This document shows, piece after piece, positions 40,328-49,437 of a stretch of DNA of 64,000 nt (position 1 is the stretch's first letter; every line of letters starts with the position of its first letter). The translations under genes and the position numbers were made by a program. Location: NCBI GenBank assembly GCA_963701295.1, contig OY969585.1, forward strand, positions 1,728,001-1,792,000, written 5' to 3'. The notes below the pieces were generated by a model. The model made no database searches, was not told where the DNA came from, and saw only the letters and a program-made list of their open reading frames with translations. This DNA is from Ignavibacteriota bacterium (GTDB lineage Bacteria > Bacteroidota > Ignavibacteria > UBA10030).

Positions 40328-43300
40328 ATGAAGACTATCACTTATTCCATTCTTTTTTATTCGATCATCTTCTTGAGCGTTGCGAGCGTTTTCGCACAGA
40401 CTCAGGAACCGAGCGGCCGTGTCTATCGGCGATTTGCAATTATGAACGGAAACCAGGTGATGACTGTATTTGGCAATTACGGCGTCATTGGTCAGCCAGC
40501 AGAACAAGGATACAGAGGTGCATGGAAATATCCGAACAATGGATATCTTGGAGATGTAAGCCCGTTAATTGGTGCTGAGGTAAGGTACGATTCGGTGTTC
40601 AGAAATGGCCAGTGGGTGCATAACTTTCACTCTGTTGCCACCTGCCCGGTCGATCGTCCGACACTATTAACGGATACAGATCCCCGGACGGGAAAGTACT
40701 GGACCTTCGAACCAGAAGCTGGATATTTTAATCCGAGTAAAGAAAAAGTCGCTATGAGCGATGATAAAACTTCGTGGCCACCGACGTGGCCGGATAAAAC
40801 GGGAGATCCTACGGATCCAGGTTGGCCTGGTTCCTGGAATGGCTATTTTGGTAAAAACAAAAAAAATGCTGATCTGGAAACATATTTCGTAATGGATGAT
40901 AATAATGACGAGCGTTTTAACAATGCAGCAAACAATCAATATGGAATAGCATTCAAACCTGATTCGACTAATCCAAGCAGGAACGGACTTGGTTTAGTGA
41001 TGAATGTGCGCGCAATGCAATGGGCACAGTTCCTAGCAAAAGATAATATTTTCTGGCTTTATGAAGTCACCAATACAGGGACGACAAATTACGATCGAGC
41101 AGTGTTTGGAATGCTTGTCGGGACCTATGTCGGTGTTACTTCGACAGAGGATTATGGTGAGTATGACGATGACTGGTCTTTTTTTGATGTGAATAATAAT
41201 CTCACTTATACCGGTGACATCAAAGCGATTAATGGCCGGTGTATGAAAAACCCTCTCTGGCAACCTACACCATGCAGCGGAGCGGGGCTAGTGGGATATG
41301 CATTTCTTGAAAGCCCCGGAAATCCCTATGATGGGATTGACAACGATGGAGATGCTGATTCTTCTTTGACCGGAAGGCTTGCCCCTCGATTTACTGCAGC
41401 AAGCTTTGATTCGACTTTGCTTACTGCGGGTATGCAAATTGTGTTGATCCGAGATGATTATAGTCGATATCTCTATACAATTCCTTCTGCTGATTCGGTT
41501 CAGATAACAACTCGTGGACTGACTCGATGGATTTATCCGGGGAAAACCTGGGTGAGCGAGGGGAATGTACTGCCTAATGGATCTATCAATCCAAATGCTT
41601 ATGACGGTGTTGATAACAATTATAATGGTCTTATCGATGAAAATTACTATCTGCATTATCGACAGGTGAAAAGAGAGCCGGATGGAACAATCCTTTTTGA
41701 TTTACTCCGGCCAGTAGCATATATCGATTATTTTAAAGGTATTGGCAATGATCCTTATAGTATGATCGATGAACGGCGCGATGATAGAATCGACAACAAT
41801 AAAAACTGGAACATTCTTCATGATGATGTAGGCAGAGATGGTATTCCCAATACAGGAGATTATGGCGAAGGAGATGGCCGGCCAACATCCGGTTATGATG
41901 ACAATGGAAATGATACAGGTCTTCCAGGTGAACCACATGTAGATAAAACAGATGTGAATGAGTCTGATCAAATTGGCCTGTCAAGTTTCTTCTATTTTAC
42001 CCCTGCCGGTAATTTCAAGATGGGTGATAAGGATACCATGTGGATATATCTTGCGCCGGGTTTCTTTGATGTACCGAATGTGATTCAGAATAATAGACCT
42101 GTTGAAGGCGCAGATGGAGATTTTATTTACGGGTCCGGGTATTTTCCGCTGCGCGCAAAAAAAACCGAACGATTTTCTCTCGCCCTGGTGTATGGAGGCG
42201 GTAAACAACAAGGGTACGATGTTGATGTTGCCGACTTATTGAAAAATAAGAAGACTGTTCAAAAGATTTATGATGCAAATTATCAATTTCCCCAACCTCC
42301 GGATTTGCCGACTCTGACAGCTGTTCCGGGTGATAAGCAAGTAACGCTCTACTGGGATCGGGTTGCAGAACAGACAATCGATCCTCTTCTTCAAACTAAA
42401 ACGTTTGAAGGATATAAAATCTATCGCTCCACTGATCCAACCTTTAACGATATTCTAACGGTCACAGACGGATCTGGTTCAGCTGTTGCATACCGGCCAT
42501 TAAAGCAATACGATTTAATAGATGGGATTACTGGATATTTTCATACGTCAGGTGAGTTATATAATGATATTTCAGGGTTTGCATACTACCTTGGGAGCGA
42601 TAATGGCATTGTACATAGCTATGTCGATAGTTCTGTTCAGAATGGAAGAACCTATTATTATGCGTTAGTTGCTTACAACCATGGCGATGAATATTTGGAA
42701 ATTCTTCCCGCTGAGAATAAAATCAGTATTTCAATTTCACCAACAGGTGCCGTGACTCTCGGTCAGAATTGCGCTATGGTTGTGCCCAATGCGAAGACTC
42801 TCAATTATCTTCGTCCAGCGAATGGAGTGCTGCTTGATCATCTTTCTGGTGTTGGGACGGGAGATGCTTACTACAAAGTGGATGATGATACGAAAACTAC
42901 AGGACATCGTTATCGGGTCGAATTTCTCGATACACAAGTGGATGGAGTCGATAATAATAGTAATGGACTTATCGATCTGGCCGACTCTACGGAGTGGGAT
43001 CGCCTGACAGTAAATTATAGCGTAAGAGATTTGACCGAACGTACTGACACTCTCGTTTCTATGGATACAACGCTTGTCACCTTGCAGCGGAAGAATTTTG
43101 TTCCGGGAACAATAACCGTCTATAATGCACAAGGCTTCGTCGTACCGGATTCATTATATAAGTTAAACTCTAAATCTGGTCAAATCCGGGGAATGCGTAG
43201 TGGAACATTTCCTCCGGGACTGTATACAATCAAGTATCAATATTTTCCAGTCTATCAGAGTCAGTATATCCGTGGAACTCCATTTGTAAGTGATAGTAAG

Positions 43301-44176
43301 GATGCTGATGTGTTCGACGGAGTGGAAATTATTTTCAACAATCCTTGGGATGTTGTCAAGGTTGATTCATTAACGAAATGGATCAGCAGTAAATTAGGGT
43401 ATCGATTAAATATGTTACCAATAGATTTGTATGACAATCAAGGGCAGCCCTTAGCGAAAGGATATAAAAAACCTTGTGATTATGAGTTTCAATTTGATTC
43501 GACTGCATTCATAGATACTTCATATGCGGACCCGATTCTTGGAACGGATCCGGTTCCTACGAATTTCCGGATTTATAATAAAACGGAGAAAACATTCGTC
43601 AAATTTAGTTATACGACATTAAACTTTGATACCCGTGGAAGGCTCTCCCCCAAAGATGATATCTTCCTTTATGAAAAAAATCCACGTGGCGGAATGAGTT
43701 ATTCATGGGAATTATTTTTTGACTCCAATGATGGTAAGGTCATTCCATATCATAAAAATGATACACTTCTGATCATCACATCAAAACCGTTTGAACAAGG
43801 TGATACTCTGACGTTTATGACAACGAAACCAACGTTAGATAATACCCTGACACAAACTGCATTATCAAGAATTCGTGTCGTTCCCAACCCATACGTTGTA
43901 GCATCGACGCTTGAATCGCCATTACCCCCCAGCGTCACTAGTGGTCGCCTCCGTCGGATTGACTTTATTCATTTACCTGCATCAGCAAAAATTCATATCT
44001 ATACTTCGCGTGGTGATCATGTCATTACATTAGTACATGATGGAAACATAGAAGATGGACATGTCTCGTGGAATTTAAAATCAAAAGAGAATCTCGACGT
44101 AGCATTCGGGGTATATTTCTATGTAGTGGAATCTTCAGTTGGCACTAAAACCGGTAAAATTGCGATTATTAAGTAA
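40328..44176 (+). CDS. Large secreted hypothetical protein (1282 aa), paralogue of 28589-32311
   Basis: Shares GSWNGYFG, PGNPYDGIDNDGD, IDERRDD, GEPHVDKTDVNESDQIGL, GSGYFPL, FEGYKIYRSTDP and the C-terminal IRVVPNPY..FIHLP..WNLKSK..GVYFYVV..KIAIIK. Starts 2 bp after the TBDR stop. Confidence 0.85.
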   Translation: MKTITYSILFYSIIFLSVASVFAQTQEPSGRVYRRFAIMNGNQVMTVFGNYGVIGQPAEQGYRGAWKYPNNGYLGDVSPLIGAEVRYDSVFRNGQWVHNFHSVATCPVDRPTLLTDTDPRTGKYWTFEPEAGYFNPSKEKVAMSDDKTSWPPTWPDKTGDPTDPGWPGSWNGYFGKNKKNADLETYFVMDDNNDERFNNAANNQYGIAFKPDSTNPSRNGLGLVMNVRAMQWAQFLAKDNIFWLYEVTNTGTTNYDRAVFGMLVGTYVGVTSTEDYGEYDDDWSFFDVNNNLTYTGDIKAINGRCMKNPLWQPTPCSGAGLVGYAFLESPGNPYDGIDNDGDADSSLTGRLAPRFTAASFDSTLLTAGMQIVLIRDDYSRYLYTIPSADSVQITTRGLTRWIYPGKTWVSEGNVLPNGSINPNAYDGVDNNYNGLIDENYYLHYRQVKREPDGTILFDLLRPVAYIDYFKGIGNDPYSMIDERRDDRIDNNKNWNILHDDVGRDGIPNTGDYGEGDGRPTSGYDDNGNDTGLPGEPHVDKTDVNESDQIGLSSFFYFTPAGNFKMGDKDTMWIYLAPGFFDVPNVIQNNRPVEGADGDFIYGSGYFPLRAKKTERFSLALVYGGGKQQGYDVDVADLLKNKKTVQKIYDANYQFPQPPDLPTLTAVPGDKQVTLYWDRVAEQTIDPLLQTKTFEGYKIYRSTDPTFNDILTVTDGSGSAVAYRPLKQYDLIDGITGYFHTSGELYNDISGFAYYLGSDNGIVHSYVDSSVQNGRTYYYALVAYNHGDEYLEILPAENKISISISPTGAVTLGQNCAMVVPNAKTLNYLRPANGVLLDHLSGVGTGDAYYKVDDDTKTTGHRYRVEFLDTQVDGVDNNSNGLIDLADSTEWDRLTVNYSVRDLTERTDTLVSMDTTLVTLQRKNFVPGTITVYNAQGFVVPDSLYKLNSKSGQIRGMRSGTFPPGLYTIKYQYFPVYQSQYIRGTPFVSDSKDADVFDGVEIIFNNPWDVVKVDSLTKWISSKLGYRLNMLPIDLYDNQGQPLAKGYKKPCDYEFQFDSTAFIDTSYADPILGTDPVPTNFRIYNKTEKTFVKFSYTTLNFDTRGRLSPKDDIFLYEKNPRGGMSYSWELFFDSNDGKVIPYHKNDTLLIITSKPFEQGDTLTFMTTKPTLDNTLTQTALSRIRVVPNPYVVASTLESPLPPSVTSGRLRRIDFIHLPASAKIHIYTSRGDHVITLVHDGNIEDGHVSWNLKSKENLDVAFGVYFYVVESSVGTKTGKIAIIK

Positions 44177-44188
44177 GCGGAGACGGTT

Positions 44189-45223
44189 ATGATGATCAAA
44201 AAAAACAAAGAACTCGGAACTCTTGCAGCGATCGCATGTGTTTTTTTATTGGGATATTCAGAATCTAATGCACAATCTAAAATTGGCACGACAGCAGCTC
44301 AATTCTTAGGTATTCCGGTTGGAGCACAGGCTTTGGGTATGGGTGGAACATCAGTTGCCGCAATGTCTGATGTCGGAACAATTTACTTTAATCCTGGTGC
44401 ATTTGCACAAGCTCAGAAGACAGAAGTGCTGGTCTCATCAACGGATTGGCTTGTCGGCTCGAAACTACGATGGTTAGGAGCGATGGTGAATTTCGATGGA
44501 ACGAATGCTTTTGGTTTAAGCATAACTCAACTTGATTACGGTGAAGAAGAAGTCACAACTGAAGACAACCCTGATGGAACAGGCGAACGATGGTCTGCAC
44601 AGGATTTCGCGGTGGCACTTTCCTACTCCCGCAATTTAACTGATCGCTTTTCTATCGGAGGCTCTGCAAAATATATCAGCCAATCAATCTGGAACGAATC
44701 AGCGAGTACGTTTGCCTTTGATATCGGATTATTGTTTGTCACCGGATTTCATGATATGCGCCTCGGAATGTCCATAGCGAATTTTGGCGGTAATATGACG
44801 ATGGACGGACGCGATCTTAAGAAGGTTATCGATATCGATCCCAGTGATGCAGGTTCTAACAAACTCAATGTAGCCAAATTAAATACCGATCCATGGCCCA
44901 TCCCATTGTTGTTCCGCGTCGGGCTTGCGATGGATGTTCTCAAGAGTGAATTATGTACGCTTACGATTGAAAGTGATGCACTTCGTCCTAGCGATAATGT
45001 TGAAGTGGTGAATCTTGGAGCTGAAGTAACACTTTTAAATATTATTTGTCTGCGTGGCGGGTACAAATCTCTGTTCCAAACAGATTCGGAAGAAGGATTG
45101 ACTCTTGGAATCGGCGTGAAATATGCTGAACCAAGTTCTATGGGGTTGGAAGTAAATTATGCCTATCAGCAGTTTGGCCGATTTGGCAATATCAATACAT
45201 TCTCGGTTGCAGTGTGCTTCTAG
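44189..45223 (+). CDS. PorV/PorQ-like outer-membrane beta-barrel, starch cassette
   Basis: KIGTTAAQFLGIPVGAQALGMGG..IYFNPG, PDGTGE, PLLFRVG, LRGGY and a terminal Phe. Paralogue of 32329-33348. Confidence 0.82.
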   Translation: MMIKKNKELGTLAAIACVFLLGYSESNAQSKIGTTAAQFLGIPVGAQALGMGGTSVAAMSDVGTIYFNPGAFAQAQKTEVLVSSTDWLVGSKLRWLGAMVNFDGTNAFGLSITQLDYGEEEVTTEDNPDGTGERWSAQDFAVALSYSRNLTDRFSIGGSAKYISQSIWNESASTFAFDIGLLFVTGFHDMRLGMSIANFGGNMTMDGRDLKKVIDIDPSDAGSNKLNVAKLNTDPWPIPLLFRVGLAMDVLKSELCTLTIESDALRPSDNVEVVNLGAEVTLLNIICLRGGYKSLFQTDSEEGLTLGIGVKYAEPSSMGLEVNYAYQQFGRFGNINTFSVAVCF

Positions 45224-45377
45224 CCCATGAGTTATGATGTGTAATAAATTCAATCACCGAAACAATCATCAATAAGGAAAGGGATCATACTATTGAAAGC
45301 GTACATGGAAAGAGGTCAAAACAATTGTTTGAAACAAAACTATTAATATCTTTTCAAAAAAGATAGAAGGAGGAATT

Positions 45378-47489
45378 ATGAAATACAAAATTATCGTTTT
45401 TCTTCTTATGAGCATGATGTTTGTGTTTTATTCATCAGTTGCTCAAACAATAGATACTGTCACCGTGACATTCCTGATCAATACTTCCACAATACCCGAT
45501 ACGATGAAAGCAACGTCAACCGTACAAGTTCGCGGCGACACTCCGCCGCTCTCGTGGGACAGTTCAATCCCGCTGTTCAAGAACGATTCAACCAAAGTAT
45601 TCGCGAAAAACATCGGAGGCGACTATTGGACGGCGACGGTGAAGTTCCCGCTCAAACGTGATTCAAGTAAAACGATTCTATACAAATTCTTCACAAACGT
45701 AAAGGATTCAATCGTGGAGAGTGATGTCGGTTGGGAAAACAACTTAACAGGTGTGGGTCAAAATGGAAATCGGATGCTAAAAATCGGTCCGTATACCGGG
45801 AATACAGACACCGCTATTGCTCTTCAGTATGCAAATGGCAGAACGATCCAAGCACAATTTTGGAAACCGTACGTTCCTTCGGCTGACAGTGTGGCTGTAA
45901 TGTTTCGTGTGAATATGCAAGCAAATGAAGGCTTCAACAAATCGACCATGAAGCTGGGTGTCCGCGGTGATATGGCACCATTATCTATGAGCACTACAAT
46001 TTTTCTCAAAAAGGAATCGTCGCATGGTAACGGTGGCCAGGATCCGTATGACGGAACAAATTTCTGGTCTGCAGTAGTGAAATTCCCCAAAACCGCTGTA
46101 GCAGATACTGTCCATTACAAATTTGTTATCCATGCCCTCGCAGATGATTCGGCTGCATCTCCGGCCTATGAAAACAATATAACTGCCGCTCCGGATGTAG
46201 GAGCAAATGGTTATCGATTCTTTAATTTCCGTCCCGATATGCCGGACACCACACTCTACTGGAAATTCTGGCAAAATATGCCGCCGGGGATCATTGCCTT
46301 TTCGGATAACGTTATCATTACTTTCCGTGCAGATCTTGCCAGAGCAATTTCAGAAAATGGATTTGCTTATGGTGATACACTTGTAGTACGTTCCGGCTAT
46401 ATCAACAGTGCTTCTTCAATCCGAGAAAAGAAAATGTTAAGGGTCGGTGCGTCTTCGAAGTACCAGGTCGTTGATACCGTGACCACGAAGCTTAGGACAC
46501 CACTCTTTTATCAATATTATGAAACGCCATTAAGTGGTGAAATAAGAGAGATTTATTATAACTTTGCAGATCCCGGAACCGGTGCAGAATCAGAGAAACG
46601 CAGGGACACAATGTCTGCGTATACATTAACAATTCAGGACACGATTATTTCGACGTCAGAAGAACACCGAATGCCAAGGTTCCAAAATATGAATCCATTG
46701 TCTCAAAATGTTCTTGTCACATATACATGCGATGTACGTCCTGCGATCTATGAACTGAAAGCCGGAAAACAACTGATTTCGACAAATATCACAAACTATC
46801 TTATTACTGATCCAGACAGCGTATTGATCGATGGAGTTTGGATGGATGGTCCGGCGGTTGGCGGATGGGATATAGGTGGTGCTTGGGGAGCAGATCGTCG
46901 GTTGGTTGATACTGCTAAGATGTGGGATGATGGCACTCATGGTGATCTTGTAGCTCATGATTCCATTTTCACACTTCAGTATTTTTATACAACCTCTACA
47001 ACACTTGGACCTACGACAATTGGACAGGAATTCAAATTCGGTATTTATGGATGCGATAATGAAGGCGGCTATGGGAATAACCACATTGAGAATATCAATG
47101 ATGCGAATCCGACTTATACACTAGCCTCGCAGTTTGGTAGCATCGATCCGGTCTTCTACAGTGCCTGGGATTATACCAATGAACGTCCAGCAGGCGCAAC
47201 CAGTGTTAAAGGAGCAGGAATCCCGTTGGCATATAGTCTTGCGCAAAACTATCCGAACCCCTTCAATCCATCGACTATGATCAATTACGAAATCAAACAA
47301 TCAGGGTCAGTTACACTGAAGGTGTTTAATGTGCTGGGACAAGTAGTTGCCACATTGACTGACGGGAAACAAGAAGCTGGCAAACATTCTATTAAGTTTG
47401 ATGCTTCTCGGTTTTCCTCTGGCATATATTTTTATCAGATCACTGCTGGCAATTTTATTGCTACAAAGAAGATGATGCTCTTAAAGTAA
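45378..47489 (+). CDS. Non-catalytic multi-module protein (tandem CBM20-like/starch-binding-like beta-sandwiches) with T9SS CTD
   Basis: Four modules each starting with a V.F.V-type strand (VTFLINT, VMFRVNM, ITFRADL, VTYTCDV). Shared VRGD..PLS and YKF..E features, an MWDDGTHGD motif, CTD LAQNYPNPFNP and strong RBS AAGGAGG. Confidence 0.72.
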   Translation: MKYKIIVFLLMSMMFVFYSSVAQTIDTVTVTFLINTSTIPDTMKATSTVQVRGDTPPLSWDSSIPLFKNDSTKVFAKNIGGDYWTATVKFPLKRDSSKTILYKFFTNVKDSIVESDVGWENNLTGVGQNGNRMLKIGPYTGNTDTAIALQYANGRTIQAQFWKPYVPSADSVAVMFRVNMQANEGFNKSTMKLGVRGDMAPLSMSTTIFLKKESSHGNGGQDPYDGTNFWSAVVKFPKTAVADTVHYKFVIHALADDSAASPAYENNITAAPDVGANGYRFFNFRPDMPDTTLYWKFWQNMPPGIIAFSDNVIITFRADLARAISENGFAYGDTLVVRSGYINSASSIREKKMLRVGASSKYQVVDTVTTKLRTPLFYQYYETPLSGEIREIYYNFADPGTGAESEKRRDTMSAYTLTIQDTIISTSEEHRMPRFQNMNPLSQNVLVTYTCDVRPAIYELKAGKQLISTNITNYLITDPDSVLIDGVWMDGPAVGGWDIGGAWGADRRLVDTAKMWDDGTHGDLVAHDSIFTLQYFYTTSTTLGPTTIGQEFKFGIYGCDNEGGYGNNHIENINDANPTYTLASQFGSIDPVFYSAWDYTNERPAGATSVKGAGIPLAYSLAQNYPNPFNPSTMINYEIKQSGSVTLKVFNVLGQVVATLTDGKQEAGKHSIKFDASRFSSGIYFYQITAGNFIATKKMMLLK

Positions 47490-47502
47490 GCAATGATCCA
47501 TA

Positions 47503-47532
47503 GATAAGGCGGGAAGAGATTCCCGCCTTATC
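47503..47532 (+). terminator. Perfect 13-bp hairpin with GAGA tetraloop (terminator or mRNA stabiliser)
   Basis: GATAAGGCGGGAA-GAGA-TTCCCGCCTTATC begins 14 bp after the stop codon, followed by only a weak U-tract (ATTTG). Confidence 0.65.
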
Positions 47533-47567
47533 ATTTGATGATTCCTTCCTGTGTTGCATCGCATCGA

Positions 47568-49391
47568 ATGAATAAATATTCCCTGAATATTGTATTGCTC
47601 TGTGTTTGTATATCTGCCAGCAGAACTCAACCTATTGAAAATCAAGGACCGTATATTGCCAGAGCAGGGAATATATATATATCTGAACAAGAATTTTTAG
47701 AACGGTATGAACTTCTTCCAGGCCAATATCGGAATCGCCAAAATAATGTTGAAGAATCAAAACTTGTTTTCCTGTATTCTTTGATAGCTGAAAAGCTATT
47801 GGTGCAGGAGGCAGTAGCTCGTCACATTGATCAAGATAGTTTGTATCAAGTAGCCATAGAAGGTATAAAGAAAAAGTTGGTGCGTGACCAGCTCTATCGA
47901 GAAGAAATAAGCGGGAAAGTCAAAGTGACGAAGGCAGAGATACAAAAAGCTGCGATTGATGCACGCCGCCAGCTCTCCATTTCGTTTCTTTATTTTGAAG
48001 ATAGTACGGATGCAGCGTTTGTCAGGAAGCAACTCAAAAATTGTAAACAATTCAGCCATTTTCAAATTGATACCGCTATGGCAATTATCTGCGATACGGT
48101 TACATTACAGTGGGGCGAAGCAGAAGCACCTATTGAACAGGCAGGATTTCTATTAAAGAAGGGGGAATGTTCACCGGTTATAGAAGCTTCAACAGGATAT
48201 TATATACTTCATTTAGAAAAAGAATCTCCCAATCCATTTTATATTGCCATGCAGCCAGGTGTTCTTAATGAGCGAGTTGAGACGAAACTCCGGCTCAGGA
48301 AAGAAAAAGCACGGTTTGATGAATACGTACAAAATGTTCTTCATACGAAAACCGGTTTTTCTCTTCCTCGTCCATTTAAAATCGTTGCACAGACATTGAA
48401 CACTATTTGGAAAGATGTACCCCCGGCAACAGAACAGATGATAACAGATTCTCTTCTGGAGATCGTGCAAGAGCGGTGTCATTCGATTCTACAGGATTCA
48501 ATGGAAGTGGTCGGTTCTTCATGGTGGAGTGTGCAAGATGTATTATTTAAATTGCGTGGTAAGATTTTTAAAATTGATCCAAGTCGCACAACGGGAATCG
48601 CAGCACAATTGAACAGCCATCTGCGTATTCTGGTGCAGCAAGAATTACTCTCAGAAGAGGCGCTTTCCAGGAAACTGGATGAACACTGGTCCACGAAAAA
48701 GGAATTGGATGTTTGGTGTCAACAGATACTTGCCAAGTACGAAGAAACTGATATTCAAAGAAAGGTTCAACTATCCGATCAAGAACTATTTCAATATGTC
48801 TCGGAAACATCTCCTGATGTGCACTTTCCTCGCGTCCAAATTCGAGAATTACATACGACGGATGCAACAGCCATGGAACATGCTCTTGCTGAGGTACATT
48901 CGGGAGTTCCATTAGACGAGGTTATTCGGAAACGCTCAAGCGACGCTCACTCTGCACAGAATGGCGGACTTTCAGAGGGATTCACAATTAATACACGGCA
49001 ACCGCTCGGCATACTTTCGTGGAGAATGAATGTGGGTGCGCAACAGGGTCCTATTCATTTGAAAGATGACTATATTTACTTTGAGCTTATCAAAAAAGAA
49101 TTACCTGCCGGAGTAAGTGATTCGTCCTTTACTGCGGCAATGCAAAAAGCTGCTTCAGCAGCGCATTCTCTCAAGCAGAAAAAAATATTAGATGCTTTTA
49201 TCGCGAAGAGTGCTCAACAACGTGGGTACGATATCTATGAAGATCGATTGAAGCTTCTCAAAGTAACGAGTGCACCGATGATGACCTATCGTATTCTCGG
49301 ATTTGGAGGAAGAATGTTTGCGGCTCCTTTCGTGACCCGGCTGGTTGATTGGATAGGTGTTGAGAATCCGGACAATATCGTAGTACCATGA
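47568..49391 (+). CDS. SurA/parvulin (PpiC)-type peptidyl-prolyl-isomerase-like protein, starch cassette
   Basis: IARAGNIYISEQEF..LYSLIAEKLLVQEA, SPVIEASTGYYILHL, and the parvulin-like RSSDAHSAQNGGL..GPIHLKDDYIYF. Start re-called to ATG 47568; the track starts at 47535. Confidence 0.7.
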   Translation: MNKYSLNIVLLCVCISASRTQPIENQGPYIARAGNIYISEQEFLERYELLPGQYRNRQNNVEESKLVFLYSLIAEKLLVQEAVARHIDQDSLYQVAIEGIKKKLVRDQLYREEISGKVKVTKAEIQKAAIDARRQLSISFLYFEDSTDAAFVRKQLKNCKQFSHFQIDTAMAIICDTVTLQWGEAEAPIEQAGFLLKKGECSPVIEASTGYYILHLEKESPNPFYIAMQPGVLNERVETKLRLRKEKARFDEYVQNVLHTKTGFSLPRPFKIVAQTLNTIWKDVPPATEQMITDSLLEIVQERCHSILQDSMEVVGSSWWSVQDVLFKLRGKIFKIDPSRTTGIAAQLNSHLRILVQQELLSEEALSRKLDEHWSTKKELDVWCQQILAKYEETDIQRKVQLSDQELFQYVSETSPDVHFPRVQIRELHTTDATAMEHALAEVHSGVPLDEVIRKRSSDAHSAQNGGLSEGFTINTRQPLGILSWRMNVGAQQGPIHLKDDYIYFELIKKELPAGVSDSSFTAAMQKAASAAHSLKQKKILDAFIAKSAQQRGYDIYEDRLKLLKVTSAPMMTYRILGFGGRMFAAPFVTRLVDWIGVENPDNIVVP

Positions 49392-49437
49392 TAGAAAATT
49401 GAAATTGTAGAATCTTAATATCAATTACGAGGTCATA

